A DNA stretch of 17,266 nucleotides, taken from NCBI GenBank assembly GCA_026936335.1, contig JAPMXV010000064.1:1-17266 (forward strand), given 5' to 3'. The position numbers were made by a program, and so were the translations under genes. This document shows positions 1-9,472 of this stretch, piece after piece. The number at the start of each line of letters is the position of its first letter. The first letter of the stretch is position 1. The notes beneath the pieces are model-generated. The model was given only the letters and a program-made list of their open reading frames with translations. It had not been told where the DNA came from and ran no database searches. Source of the DNA: Mantamonas sphyraenae STR306 (lineage: Eukaryota > Protista > CRuMs).

Positions 1-688
1 CGTCGTCATGCCATCCCCAACTTTGTCTTTAGCTACCTCGTCTTTTACCTCCTCGCCTGCACCGTCTTTAACTTTTTGGCGCTACTACATGCGCATGGAC
101 ACCTTTACCACCCTCCACAGCAAGCGCCGCTCTCAAAAGATGAAGTTGCCCTTCCTCGACCTGAAGCAACGCGCAAACATCGTCGCCTGGAGCAAGATGC
201 GCATCTACTTTCAGTGGACCGAGCTCTGGCGCTTCCGCTGGATGGAGCTCTTTGTCGGCTTTGTTCTCCTCGCCGAGGGCATCAGCCTCTTTGTCATTTT
301 CCTCTCTCTCTTTCAGCCCAACGTTCAGTTCAACGCACACATCCTCCTCGCCATTTTTGAGGTCGTCACCGTCGGCGTCTACGTCGCCCAGATCATGACC
401 CTCGGCATCCACATCAACGACCTCAACGACATCCACATCCAGGCTCTTGCCAAATACCAGTGGCGCCTCAACTACCAGATGAATCTCGACAACGTCACCA
501 GCCTCGCTGTCAAGAACAACTTTGAGAGCTGCGAGCGAATGCTCCAGAAAACTCATCACCGTCATCGAAAAGTGCGACCGCAAGTTCCACCTCCTCGGCT
601 TTGAGCTCACGCGCCCGTTTACACGTGCCCTGTCGGTCTCGTGTTTTCTGTCGCCGTCGGTGTGTTTGTCGAGGTGATTGTCCAGTGA
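1..688 (+). CDS. PHTF-like multi-pass membrane protein, C-terminal part (5'-partial, frameshifts near 550 and 630)
   Basis: ORF 8..604 contains FTTLHSKRRSQKMKLPFLDLKQRANIVAWSKMRIYF, which resembles the conserved PHTF segment (recalled as LTSARRARKSEVPHFRL..VQNIKMWLSLRSYL), followed by two hydrophobic helices. Removing one A from the A-run near 550 gives LITVIEKCDRKFHLLGFELTRPF, and a second shift gives VGLVFSVAVGVFVEVIVQ* (TGA 686-688), resembling the PHTF C-terminal helix. Confidence 0.7.
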
Positions 689-732
689 GCAGGTGCCGCG
701 CGCGCGCATCGACGCATCGAAAACCCCCAACA

Positions 733-1046
733 ATGGAACTGCTCTCGTTCTTTGCCCCGCCTCCCGTTTCGCCTCTCTTTCGCCCCGGAGGCCCTCTCGA
801 CGGCTACAACGAGGACCTTGTGTTCATTGGTGCCGGGTTGGGGCTGCTCTTCCTTGTCGACTTTGCCCTGGTTCGCCCCTTGTTGAAGCCCGGTGCTCGC
901 TACTTCGCTTTGCATCTCTTGCCCAACATCGTTGTCGTCGTCACTTCATGGGGCCGACGTCTCCAGACTGTTCTCGGATCCCCAAAACGCCTACAATGGT
1001 CCCGTTCATTCGATCATTCCCATCTCGGCCATCACCGCCATCCACG
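733..1046 (+). CDS. TLC-domain-like membrane protein, N-terminal fragment truncated at about 1046
   Basis: ATG 733 in ccaacaATG context gives MELLSFF...LVFIGAGLGLLFLVDFALVRPLLKPGARYFALHLLPNIVVVVTSW. Removing one G near 950 continues ADVSRLFSDPQNAYNGPVHSIIPISAITAIH. The RYFALH..N and AIH motifs resemble protist TLC-like proteins. The expected xYH...HH continuation is absent and hydrophobic coding stops abruptly. Confidence 0.55.
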
Positions 1047-1343
1047 GCCGGGGAGAGGCGAGCGCCCAAGGTCAATGTCCGTGTAGCTTCCACGAGCTGG
1101 ACCTTGCCAAGAAGTTTCGCCGCGGTGCGCACAGGTCAAACGATATCTACCTGGAAAATCCAACCGCCGACGATGAAACACAAGTGTGGAGTGAGAAGCA
1201 GCAGGCACAACTGGATAGGCAGCAGCACATGAGTTCGAGCAACTTGACAGGCCTTTGAAATGATAGAGACATGAGCCCAGCGCCTTGATTGGAGCGCTCG
1301 ACGAACCCGCACCGTAGTCAAGGAGCAGCAGCAACCACAATAA
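1047..1343 (+). CDS. 3' fragment of an unrelated hydrophilic protein gene
   Basis: Reads FHELDLAKKFRRGAHRSNDIYLENPTADDETQVWSEKQQAQLDRQQH and, after frameshifts, AQRLDWSARRTRTVVKEQQQPQ* (TAA 1341-1343), followed by an A-rich tract (caaaacataaag). It has no start of its own and converges on the gene ending at 1419. Confidence 0.4.
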
Positions 1344-1418
1344 CAAAACATAAAGAATCTTTCGCAACCGCTTGCTTTTTGTTGGATACCGTCAGGTGTG
1401 CAGTCGCTGTCCCACATC

Positions 1419-2785
1419 TCACTGCAGCAAATGAAGGAGACAGAGCCAAGTGAGGAGGAGCAGGATCAAATGAACATGGTTGTGAGTTGCGTCGCTGGAA
1501 GTGGGTGCTGCCGTTGGAGTTGGGGTTGGGGTCGAGCTGTCCGGTGTGGCGACGACGGCTCACTCTTGCCAACCACCGAGAGCGAGCAGTACCGGGTCGA
1601 CGTGCTCGCATCCATGGTAAAGCCAAACACCACGATGGAGTCACCTGCAAGTGTCATGCCAGACACGTAGTGGTCTGGAGCCCAGGTTTTCCACCACTGG
1701 AACGAGCCGGTCGCGTCGTACCGCAGCACGGCCGAGATGGGCGTGGTTGTCGTGCCCTGCAGATACCAGGTTGCGTAGTACACTCCCGTGGAATCTACAT
1801 CGACCATTGCAGGTCGGGGGAACTGGTTGTCGATCGACGCATTGGTACGATGCCAGTTCAGTGTTCCAGCAAAATCTGTTTGGTACAGCGTGGCGCGCCA
1901 CCCAGAGTTCTCGGCCTTGTAGGCGACAGTGTACAGCTTGCTAGACGCACTGTCTACAGCGATGCTCTGGGCGTCGTAGTCTACCATCGTTGCCCCTCCT
2001 GTGGGCGAAGACGAAGGGTAGGCCACGCTCTGGAGCACACCTGCAGACGACACTCGTGCCACAAACATCCGCGTCGCAAATCCAGACGGTTTCGGGTACC
2101 CTGGTATGTTGGTGGATGCACCGCCCGCTGCAAAGATGTCTCCAGAGCTCGCATCGACGCCCACCTCGCGCACTTGGTCTTTGCTGTCGCCACTTCCAAA
2201 CACCGTGGTCCACTTTACCGTGCCGTTCGACGCACGCCGTTGCACATACATCGTTACCGTGTTGGCTGTTGTGTTGGCGATGTGTCCAACCAGAACCAGG
2301 TCTGACGCTCCCCACGAAGCCATGCGCAGCCCACTCTGGCTCATGTCCGAATCCGCCATCTTCCACACCACCGTGCCGTTGGGCATGACGCGACTGAGTT
2401 CTGTCTGCCCGCTCGTCAGGGATGGGTTGGTGGAGATGCGACCAAGCACAAACACAGAGCCGTCCTGCAGCACCACGTCTGACCCGAATGACCGGAAGCG
2501 AACGCTCCACTCCGTCGTGCCGTTCAGGGCCATCTTGGCCAGGAAGCCGCGCGCAACTCCTGGTCCCGAGTATGAAAGCTGGTTGGCAAGCGTGGTGTAT
2601 GCTGTGTCTACAACATACAGCGCCTGCGCACTGGCGTCCCAACGCACGCCCGAGCGTGTCACCGGAGACGAAGCAAGCCCAGAAAAGTGGTCGTTGCACC
2701 CGGGAAAGGTGTACGTCTGTACAGCCAGTGTGGGTGTCGCACACAGAAGCGTAATGGTCAAGATGAGAAGGAAGAAACGCGGCAT
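1419..2785 (-). CDS. Secreted beta-propeller (SBBP-like repeats) surface protein with Pro/Thr stalk and putative GPI-anchor signal
   Basis: Likely start ATG 2785 gives signal peptide MPRFFLLILTITLLCATPTLA. Repeated blade motifs: FLAKMALNGTTEWS, VQRRASNGTVKWT, DQVREVGVDASSGDIFAAG, VLRYDATGSFQWW. Adding one base near 1550 gives ATPDSSTPTPTPTAAPTSSDATHNHVHLILLLLTWLCLLHLLQ* (TGA 1419-1421). Confidence 0.8.
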
Positions 2786-2810
2786 CGCGGACGGGGTGGT
2801 TTTTTCGTGC

Positions 2811-2819
2811 TTGAAATTG
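2811..2819 (-). promoter_or_regulatory. Candidate core-promoter motif CAATTTCAA
   Basis: About 25 nt upstream of ATG 2785. Similar words occur upstream of four other starts. Confidence 0.35.
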
Positions 2820-4069
2820 CTGCGAGTTGCGCACGAGTCGTTCACGTCGCTTTCTACCCCTCTGACAGGGTGGCAATCGCCTCTTTGTTCCGTCCGTAGG
2901 TGCATGCTCTGCATGGTTGTGTTGGACATCCGTCTGTGGCCCTGTGTCCGGCTTGTCACGCAGTCGCAGGAGAAGCGGCTTGGTGTCAGGGCTTGCGCGG
3001 GTTTTGCCCTCCCAGGTCGCGTTGGAAGCCTGTTGCGCGGCGTTTCTGACCCGAAGATCGGTTAGAGGTTGGATCGAACACCTACAAGCAGCTTTCAGGT
3101 GTCACAGGTGTCTCTGATGGCCTACGGTGGAGCTTGGCAAGGTAGGGTCAATCTCCGACCAGTGCGATCTGGATGTGCAGGGTGCATCAGGCAAGATCCG
3201 CTGTGGCCGACTCCTTGGCTGCTCTTCCATGCCTGGTGTGAACTCTATTGGAGCGCACAGTTGTTAGCATTGGGAGCAGAGTTGGAGTCGACCGATCGAT
3301 TCACGGTAGACGTGGTCCAATCGAGCCATGCGCAGTCCGGGTCGCGTTTGCTCATCTCAGGTTTCTCGTTTCGCCACCACCTCAGCTGTGCGGTCTACTT
3401 CAAGAAATGGTATGGACAGCATTGGCTCCACAGGCGCCGGAGGTTGGTGCGTGAGGACCAACTTCGCCCAGTCGGCTCTTCTGGTGCAGGAGGCTCACCC
3501 ATCCAAAGAACGATCCTTGGGATCTCCCAAACCCATGGGTTGCTTCATACAGACGGTGGTATGGACCGTGACCATTTGAGGGACAGGCTCGGTGGGCACG
3601 TTTGATTGCCGTTGTGCAAAAGGGAATCTGACCAGGCTGGGATGGTGTGAGGATGTCGCTTTGCTCTGCCCACCGAAAACCGTGCAATGCAGAAGCTACA
3701 ACTGTCGTTGCACCCACAGCAAAGTGAGATCCATCTGGAGAGGGTATCCAAAGCAAGGGCACAGCCGACACACGATGACGAATCACTTGCCGAAACAACC
3801 CTCCAAGGAGCCCAGACAGCACTTTGAGAGTCGCAGACAACGGCTGCACTGTGCTCACAATCATTCTATCACTCCAGTCACTCCTGGTGTTACTCCAGGT
3901 CACACATTCTGCGCACAGCTTGGAGGTGGATATTGTACGATATTGCGCGATTTTGTACAAACCCATCCTTCTTGGGATACTCTCGTTTTCTCGTTTTGCG
4001 TATACCGACTGGATATCTCAGAGGACGAGGGATCAAAGTGGACAGGGTAAGCAACGATTTTACGTGTCT

Positions 4070-5490
4070 TTACCACGTGCCTTGCATGTGGGCAAGCGCC
4101 GCAGAGGCCATCAGCATGACGAGCAGCGCACCGGCCGTTGGGCCACTCGCATTCTGGGACGAAGCGCTCGCACTGGAGAGGTTGTGGCTGTGGGCGTCGG
4201 GGTCGGTGTGGCAGATGCACCAGGAGTCGGAGATGCGGACGGACTGGGACTGGGCGCATACTCAGTCGTAAACATGTCGCTTTTGCCAGCGCTCTGGAAT
4301 CCAACTGCAATGAACTGATCCACCTTGCCTGTCACCATCAGCGCCCCGTCGGACAGGAATCGAGTGTTGTAAGGAGTCGGTGTAGTGTCCCATCGGGATG
4401 CCAAGATCACGGTCCCGTTGGGATCCATCTCGATCAGCGCGCGTTTGAAGGGAAGGTTGTTGTCTGGGATGGTTCCTGCATAGTACAGCTTGCCATGGTG
4501 GGCAACCAGGTTAGTGTCTGCTTGGATGACCCCGTTCACTTGAGTGGATGACACAAACGTGCCATTCGTGTGGTGGCGCATCAACAAGGGTTTGGACACG
4601 GGACTGCCCTGGTTGCCAATCGTGTACAACAGACCATCCGAGAGAAGCACCATGCCTCTGGGAAGTACAGGTGTCGTGTAGTTGCTCTGCCACACCCACT
4701 CGCGGTTGCCTTGCGGGTCAAGCTTCATCAGAAAGCCGTGGTTGGCGTTGCTGTACGTTCTGTTCTGGTTCGTGATGTCTCCGCTGGTGCGTCCGCCTAC
4801 GTAGATTGCGTTGTTGATGATCTCCATCGTCCACACGCTCTCACTCTGGCTGTTGCCCATGTAGGGGGTGCTGTAGAACTGCCTGGACCACAGGATCTCC
4901 CCGTTCTGGTCCAGTTTCACCACCAACACGTCTTGCAGGTTAGGATTGCCACTTGTCATGTTCATGAACGAACCAAACACGCTGCCAGCAACGTAGATGT
5001 TGCCCGAGGCGTCCATCGCTGCGACGTCTGCGTAGTCCGTTGCTTCGACTCCGAACTGCTTGTTCCACAGAATGGTGCCCGTCGGAGAGAGCTTGCTCAC
5101 CACCAAGTCTCGATCGCCTTTTAGCGTGAAGCCAGGCAAGGAGCCTCGTGTTTGGCCAAACACATACAGGTTGTCTTGCGAATCTACCACTGCACTGACG
5201 AGCTCATCTTCTCTGTCAGTGCCCCACTGCCTGCTCCACACACGTGTCCCGTTACGGAACATGCGTGTCACGTAAAAGTCGGCGTCGCCAGCATTTGTGT
5301 AGCCATCCAGGCTGCTTTTGGTCCAGCCCGAGATGAACACGCTTCCGTCGCTTGCTTCGTTCACACAACGAGCGTAGTCGTCCTCAGGTCCGCCCCATTG
5401 AGCGTTTGTCACTGTCTGACGGGATGGTCCAGCAAGTAGGATGAGAGTCGCTGCCAGAGACACGATAGAGAGTAGAGATGCCTTGGTCAT
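4070..5490 (-). CDS. Secreted SBBP-repeat beta-propeller surface protein with PS/PT stalk and putative GPI-anchor signal
   Basis: ATG 5490 gives signal peptide MTKASLLSIVSLAATLILLAG. Typical SBBP-type blades: WSRQWGTDREDELVSAVVDSQDNLYVFGQTRGSLPG, DLVVSKLSPTGTILWNKQFG, AMDASGNIYVAG, DVLVVKLDQNGEILWSRQF. Stalk PSPSPSASPTPGASATPTPTP. Adding one base near 4175 gives SASASSQNASGPTAGALLVMLMASAALAHMQGTW* (TAA 4070-4072). Confidence 0.85.
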
Positions 5491-5503
5491 CGTGCGCGGT
5501 GTT

Positions 5504-5513
5504 TTGAAAATTG
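5504..5513 (-). promoter_or_regulatory. Candidate core-promoter motif CAATTTTCAA
   Basis: 13 nt upstream of ATG 5490 and near-identical to the motif upstream of ATG 2785. Confidence 0.35.
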
Positions 5514-6503
5514 CCCAACCCGGCGCACTGAGGCCAATCAACATGCATGTGGATACATGGCATAGTATGCAGTGATCTGGTATTCTCTCACCGATAACCA
5601 CGTTGGACCGTCGCTGTGGCCACAGCGCTGTGGTCTTTCGATCCCGTCAAGCTGGTTTTACCCTCTTTCCAGGTTGGCGTATGCTCGTTCTGCACTGTTA
5701 AACACGCTGGGAGTGGTTGATATCTCCATTTGGTCTCCTAGCAGACGGTTCGAAGAGTCAGCCAGTACAGAGCGAGAGGTTGACCCGGTGTTGTTCACCA
5801 AATGCTCCCAAGCGGCGTTGCAACTTGGTGACGCATCCGAGACGGATATCCATCGGTGCAAACACTTCCAGCAACGTCGTTTCTGCACCTACACACTATT
5901 GAACCTGTGAGCTGGCTGGCTTCACAATTTCTGCTGCTGCGTGCATTCGAATCTCTGCCAGCGGGCTGGACACACTAAACACAGGCCGGAGTGAGGTGAG
6001 TGGTGAGTTTCCCATCACAACACGCATCGGCCGAGTACATGTCAACGGAGAAGGTGCGGTTGCGGAACACCATGCAATGTGGTCCCAAAGTGTTGCTGGT
6101 GACGTGGGCGCTTCATTTTTTGAGGTCGGGAAATTGGTCACCCCAAAGGGTGACTGTCGCTACGGGTGGCTTCAACGCAGACATCTCGCCATATGTTTGG
6201 TGTTTGATGGCTCCGATGGAACCGGTGAGTTGTGCTGTAGTTCTTGTTGCGTTTCTCAGGTGTGTCGTTCCTCGCACACGATCAGCCCACTGTGCTCTCA
6301 TGGCATGTGCTTTCTATGGATTGAGAGGGTGAGCACAGCCCATACAAGGCAGAATCACCATCGAAAACGGGGTTTGGGTGTGGCCATTTCTTCCTCCAAA
6401 TCAATGGGTGGGCAGACTCGTGCATTTGGATAAAATCGTAGAATTGTGTTCAAACACCACGAGGAACACCTTTCGAAAGAAACTTCGTCAGCCATGCTGC
6501 CGA

Positions 6504-7421
6504 TCATGGGTCCTTGGACACTGAGATGGATTCGTGCGCACTCTGTGTACACTCTTGGACCAGCTCATCCCACAGACTCATCACCAGGTTGATGTGCAGC
6601 GTGTACGCCGTTGACTTCTGCACAGCCTCCGTGTGCGTCAGCGCAATGTTTACCACTTCCTGCAGAACCTGTGTGTCCACAAACTCTATCTTGGCCAGAT
6701 GTGTCGCCATCACACGACCCAGTTGATCCGAGGCGACCACAATTCCAACCGACACCACCTCCTGCAGAAGAGCACGCATCAGATCGATTGCCGACGTCCC
6801 TTCATGCACTGTGATCGCGGTAGACAGGGACACAGCCAGCCATCCTTGCAGCGTTTCATCCACCGTTGGCGTCACGACAACCTCCACATCCATCGTGTCG
6901 AGGCTGGACGTTTCGGCTGCCACGCAAAGTGTGTCCGATACACCTTCCCATGTGCACGGGCGCGGTGCGTTGCTTCGAGCAAAAGCCGCCATCTCCTGGA
7001 GAAGAAGCCCTGCGCCGTCTTGGTTGGCTTGCGTGATGGCGCCAAAATCGAGGATGCGTCTGACGAACGACTTTACGCGTTCACGCGGCTCTGTGTGGCT
7101 CCACACCATCTCTCGTTCAGGTGAGATAGTCCAAGTATGTCGTGAGCGAGACGCAAACGTGCAATGGAATGCAGGAGGGCGTGGTACCACGGTGTACATG
7201 TGGTTCATGAGCTCCTCCCGTGTTTCCTCATCCACTCCCGGATTGCTCAGGTACTCCACCAGGTGCTCCATCTGGTCATCCAGGATGAACTGAAAGATGG
7301 GTTCATCCTGCACACGCGAGCGCTTGAGAGGCTGTCTTTCCTGGGCGTGTGCGGACGGCTGATCTTGCGTTGCTTCTGCATCGTCCAGGTCGCGCTTGCC
7401 GTGTGAGCCTTGCCGCGACAT
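6504..7421 (-). CDS. Hypothetical mostly alpha-helical protein with N-terminal NLS-like motif
   Basis: Uninterrupted ORF of about 305 aa from ATG 7421 (tatttcaagATG). Disordered N-terminus with PLKRSRV, then amphipathic helical segments. No family recognised. Confidence 0.7.
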   Translation of the reverse strand: MSRQGSHGKRDLDDAEATQDQPSAHAQERQPLKRSRVQDEPIFQFILDDQMEHLVEYLSNPGVDEETREELMNHMYTVVPRPPAFHCTFASRSRHTWTISPEREMVWSHTEPRERVKSFVRRILDFGAITQANQDGAGLLLQEMAAFARSNAPRPCTWEGVSDTLCVAAETSSLDTMDVEVVVTPTVDETLQGWLAVSLSTAITVHEGTSAIDLMRALLQEVVSVGIVVASDQLGRVMATHLAKIEFVDTQVLQEVVNIALTHTEAVQKSTAYTLHINLVMSLWDELVQECTQSAHESISVSKDP

Positions 7422-7470
7422 CTTGAAATACCACCGTTGTTGTGTTGCATGCACAAGCGCTGCTGGTCCC

Positions 7471-9084
7471 TCACCTGTCGCTCGTCATTGTGTGAAGATG
7501 TGCTGTGGTCCGTGTGGTCGAGTGAACTTCCAGTTCCCACACCCTGCGTGAGCCCACCGTGTCGTGTGGGGAGCCAAGATCCGAGTAAAAATGGCACTGT
7601 GGCGTGAGGCTGTGTACCACCAGACACACAATCCCCTTGTACGTCAGGCCCATTGCTGCCGTGACGACTTGGGTGTAGTTGACACGTCCTTTGGGTGCGT
7701 GTGCACACACGAGGTACATCGTTGGGGCGGCAATGGCGGTTGATGTCTCAGATTCCTTCAGAAGCTCGGCGGCGGTGGAGAGTACGCAGCAGTGCCCCTC
7801 ATACCGCTTGGTGAGGAAGCAGGCCAGCGATTCAAACAAACGAACGTGTGTTTTGGAACTCACCACCAGCAATCGCTTGGCCATGCGGCTTTCGTACAAT
7901 GCAGCCAGTTGAAGTGTCACGTAGGATCCCAAGCGAGTCAGGTGGACCTGCTCCAGCCGTTGAGTGTGAGGGGCGTCCCCGATGTCCTGTTCGCCAGACG
8001 TGTCGCCCTCGCAGTAGTCCCAGGTCAACTCTTCGCCAGCAGCGATGTCGCGCTGTGTCACTAGCCACCCTTCGCCGTCCTGCTCGATCATCGCGCAGTT
8101 GGGGGCTGCGCTGCTGTTCAGGAACGGAGCCAAACCCGGAACTGGACGGACCACATCGCCGCTCTCTCTCAATGTGAGCAGCAGCAGCGGTTTGTCTTGG
8201 TTCTTTGATACTTGTTCATCATCGTCCAGCGCAGCCACCTGCTCGTCGGACAACACGTGCCCTCGGTACGGCATCAGCGTTGTCCCTTGGACGAGTGCGT
8301 GTGCTGCCAACACATGCAGTCCCTTTGTTCGTGTGTAGGCCAGTGCCAGGTGTTTCCTCACCGACTGGCACACACCCAACCACGTCGTGTCGCTGTCGTC
8401 CTCACTGCACTGTGCGGTGCGGAGCGGGACAATTGTTGGCTCTTCCAGCAGGCCCAGCACCTGCGTCTGGCACGTAAACACATCCACCCCTTCTTCACGT
8501 AGAGCGTCATACACAATTCTGAGTCGGAGGGTGATTTGACGGGCACGGGCGGCTCCCACACGGTCTTGCAACCAGGCTAGAAACCAAGTCAACGCGGCAG
8601 GCGAGGCCAAGCAGGGAAACGGAGCCAGTCTGACGCCTCCGTACACCCAACACGCCACAAACATCTCTGCTGCAGACTTGCTGGATAGTAAAGGGATAGA
8701 GTGGGTCGCAGAGAGCCGAGCAAGGTCATCGTGGGTGTCGAGGAGGGTGGCAAGTGCTGCAGTTGTGTTGGACACGCGCGACCATGCGAAACGTGCAAGG
8801 TGGCTGCACACTGCGTCTATGCTCAGGTGTCCATGCACAGCGAGGGTCACCAACGACGTCACAAGGTGTCCGACATACAAGGTGCCTGCCAAGAACTCGC
8901 GCTTTTGGTACGCGCGCGCGCGGAGTGAGTTCACACCACGCGTCAGCTCGGGTAGGTACTCGACACGCTGCCGTTTGATGGCAGGTGAGGTAGGAGTAGA
9001 TGTCGACCCCCTGCGGCGTTTGGCATGGGACATGAGTTGGCGGATGAGGCGCACAGTGCTACTTGCTACTTGGGAGGGCGACAT
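7471..9084 (-). CDS. SET-domain protein (putative lysine methyltransferase) with orphan flanking domains
   Basis: SET motifs at about 8010-8340: KGLHVLAAHALVQGTTLMPYRG, LAPFLNSSAAPNC, LVTQRDIAAGEELTWDY. NLS-like AKRRRG and PAIKRQRVE near the N-terminus. Start placed at ATG 9084 (aaacactgacATG). Confidence 0.85.
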   Translation of the reverse strand: MSPSQVASSTVRLIRQLMSHAKRRRGSTSTPTSPAIKRQRVEYLPELTRGVNSLRARAYQKREFLAGTLYVGHLVTSLVTLAVHGHLSIDAVCSHLARFAWSRVSNTTAALATLLDTHDDLARLSATHSIPLLSSKSAAEMFVACWVYGGVRLAPFPCLASPAALTWFLAWLQDRVGAARARQITLRLRIVYDALREEGVDVFTCQTQVLGLLEEPTIVPLRTAQCSEDDSDTTWLGVCQSVRKHLALAYTRTKGLHVLAAHALVQGTTLMPYRGHVLSDEQVAALDDDEQVSKNQDKPLLLLTLRESGDVVRPVPGLAPFLNSSAAPNCAMIEQDGEGWLVTQRDIAAGEELTWDYCEGDTSGEQDIGDAPHTQRLEQVHLTRLGSYVTLQLAALYESRMAKRLLVVSSKTHVRLFESLACFLTKRYEGHCCVLSTAAELLKESETSTAIAAPTMYLVCAHAPKGRVNYTQVVTAAMGLTYKGIVCLVVHSLTPQCHFYSDLGSPHDTVGSRRVWELEVHSTTRTTAHLHTMTSDR

Positions 9085-9472
9085 GTCAGTGTTTGAGCGA
9101 AATGGGGGGTTTGCGTACAAACGAAACCGTCTCTTGCACGGCTTGCTCAGACGAAACAGGCACCCTGGTTGGGGAGAAGTTTGCACAAATCCGGGTGAGT
9201 TCGGGACTGCCTGTTTGGATGAAGTTGGCAGTGTTCATCGATCCACCCACGGACACAGAGATCTTGTTCACCGATCGCTCGAGCGAGGATGCCTGGATAG
9301 GAGGGTGTCCAGAAACAGTGCCAGATAGATGCAGAGTACTAAAACACTGGTCACTTGAACCAATGGGCCCAGGTTGTTGTCTCTTGGCTTGTTTGGGTGG
9401 GGTGGGATCTGGCGAACAAAATGGCGCAATTTTGGTGTTTTGCCAGGCCGCGAGCGTCCAAGCAAACCGACA
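9085..9472. promoter_or_regulatory. Divergent intergenic region, candidate bidirectional promoter
   Basis: About 390 bp between the head-to-head SET gene and the large intron-containing gene. CATTTC (minus, 9099-9104) and CAATTTT (plus, 9427-9433) lie near the two starts. Confidence 0.45.

Noticed and set aside
893-1258. 121-aa ORF as a real fusion protein
   Set aside because: It merely spans the junction between two unrelated gene fragments.
2786-2959. Upstream extensions of ORF-track starts (also 5491-5601, 7422-7454, 9085-9186, 9374-9472)
   Set aside because: Downstream ATGs give proper signal peptides or better start context, and most extensions begin at non-ATG codons.
5505-5514. Mimivirus early promoter AAAATTGA
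   Set aside because: The sequence is AAAATTGC and lies antisense to the adjacent gene.
6137-6154. Hairpin gtcaccc-caaa-gggtgac as a terminator
   Set aside because: A single 7-bp stem can occur by chance, there is no adjacent U-tract, and it is not at a defined gene end.
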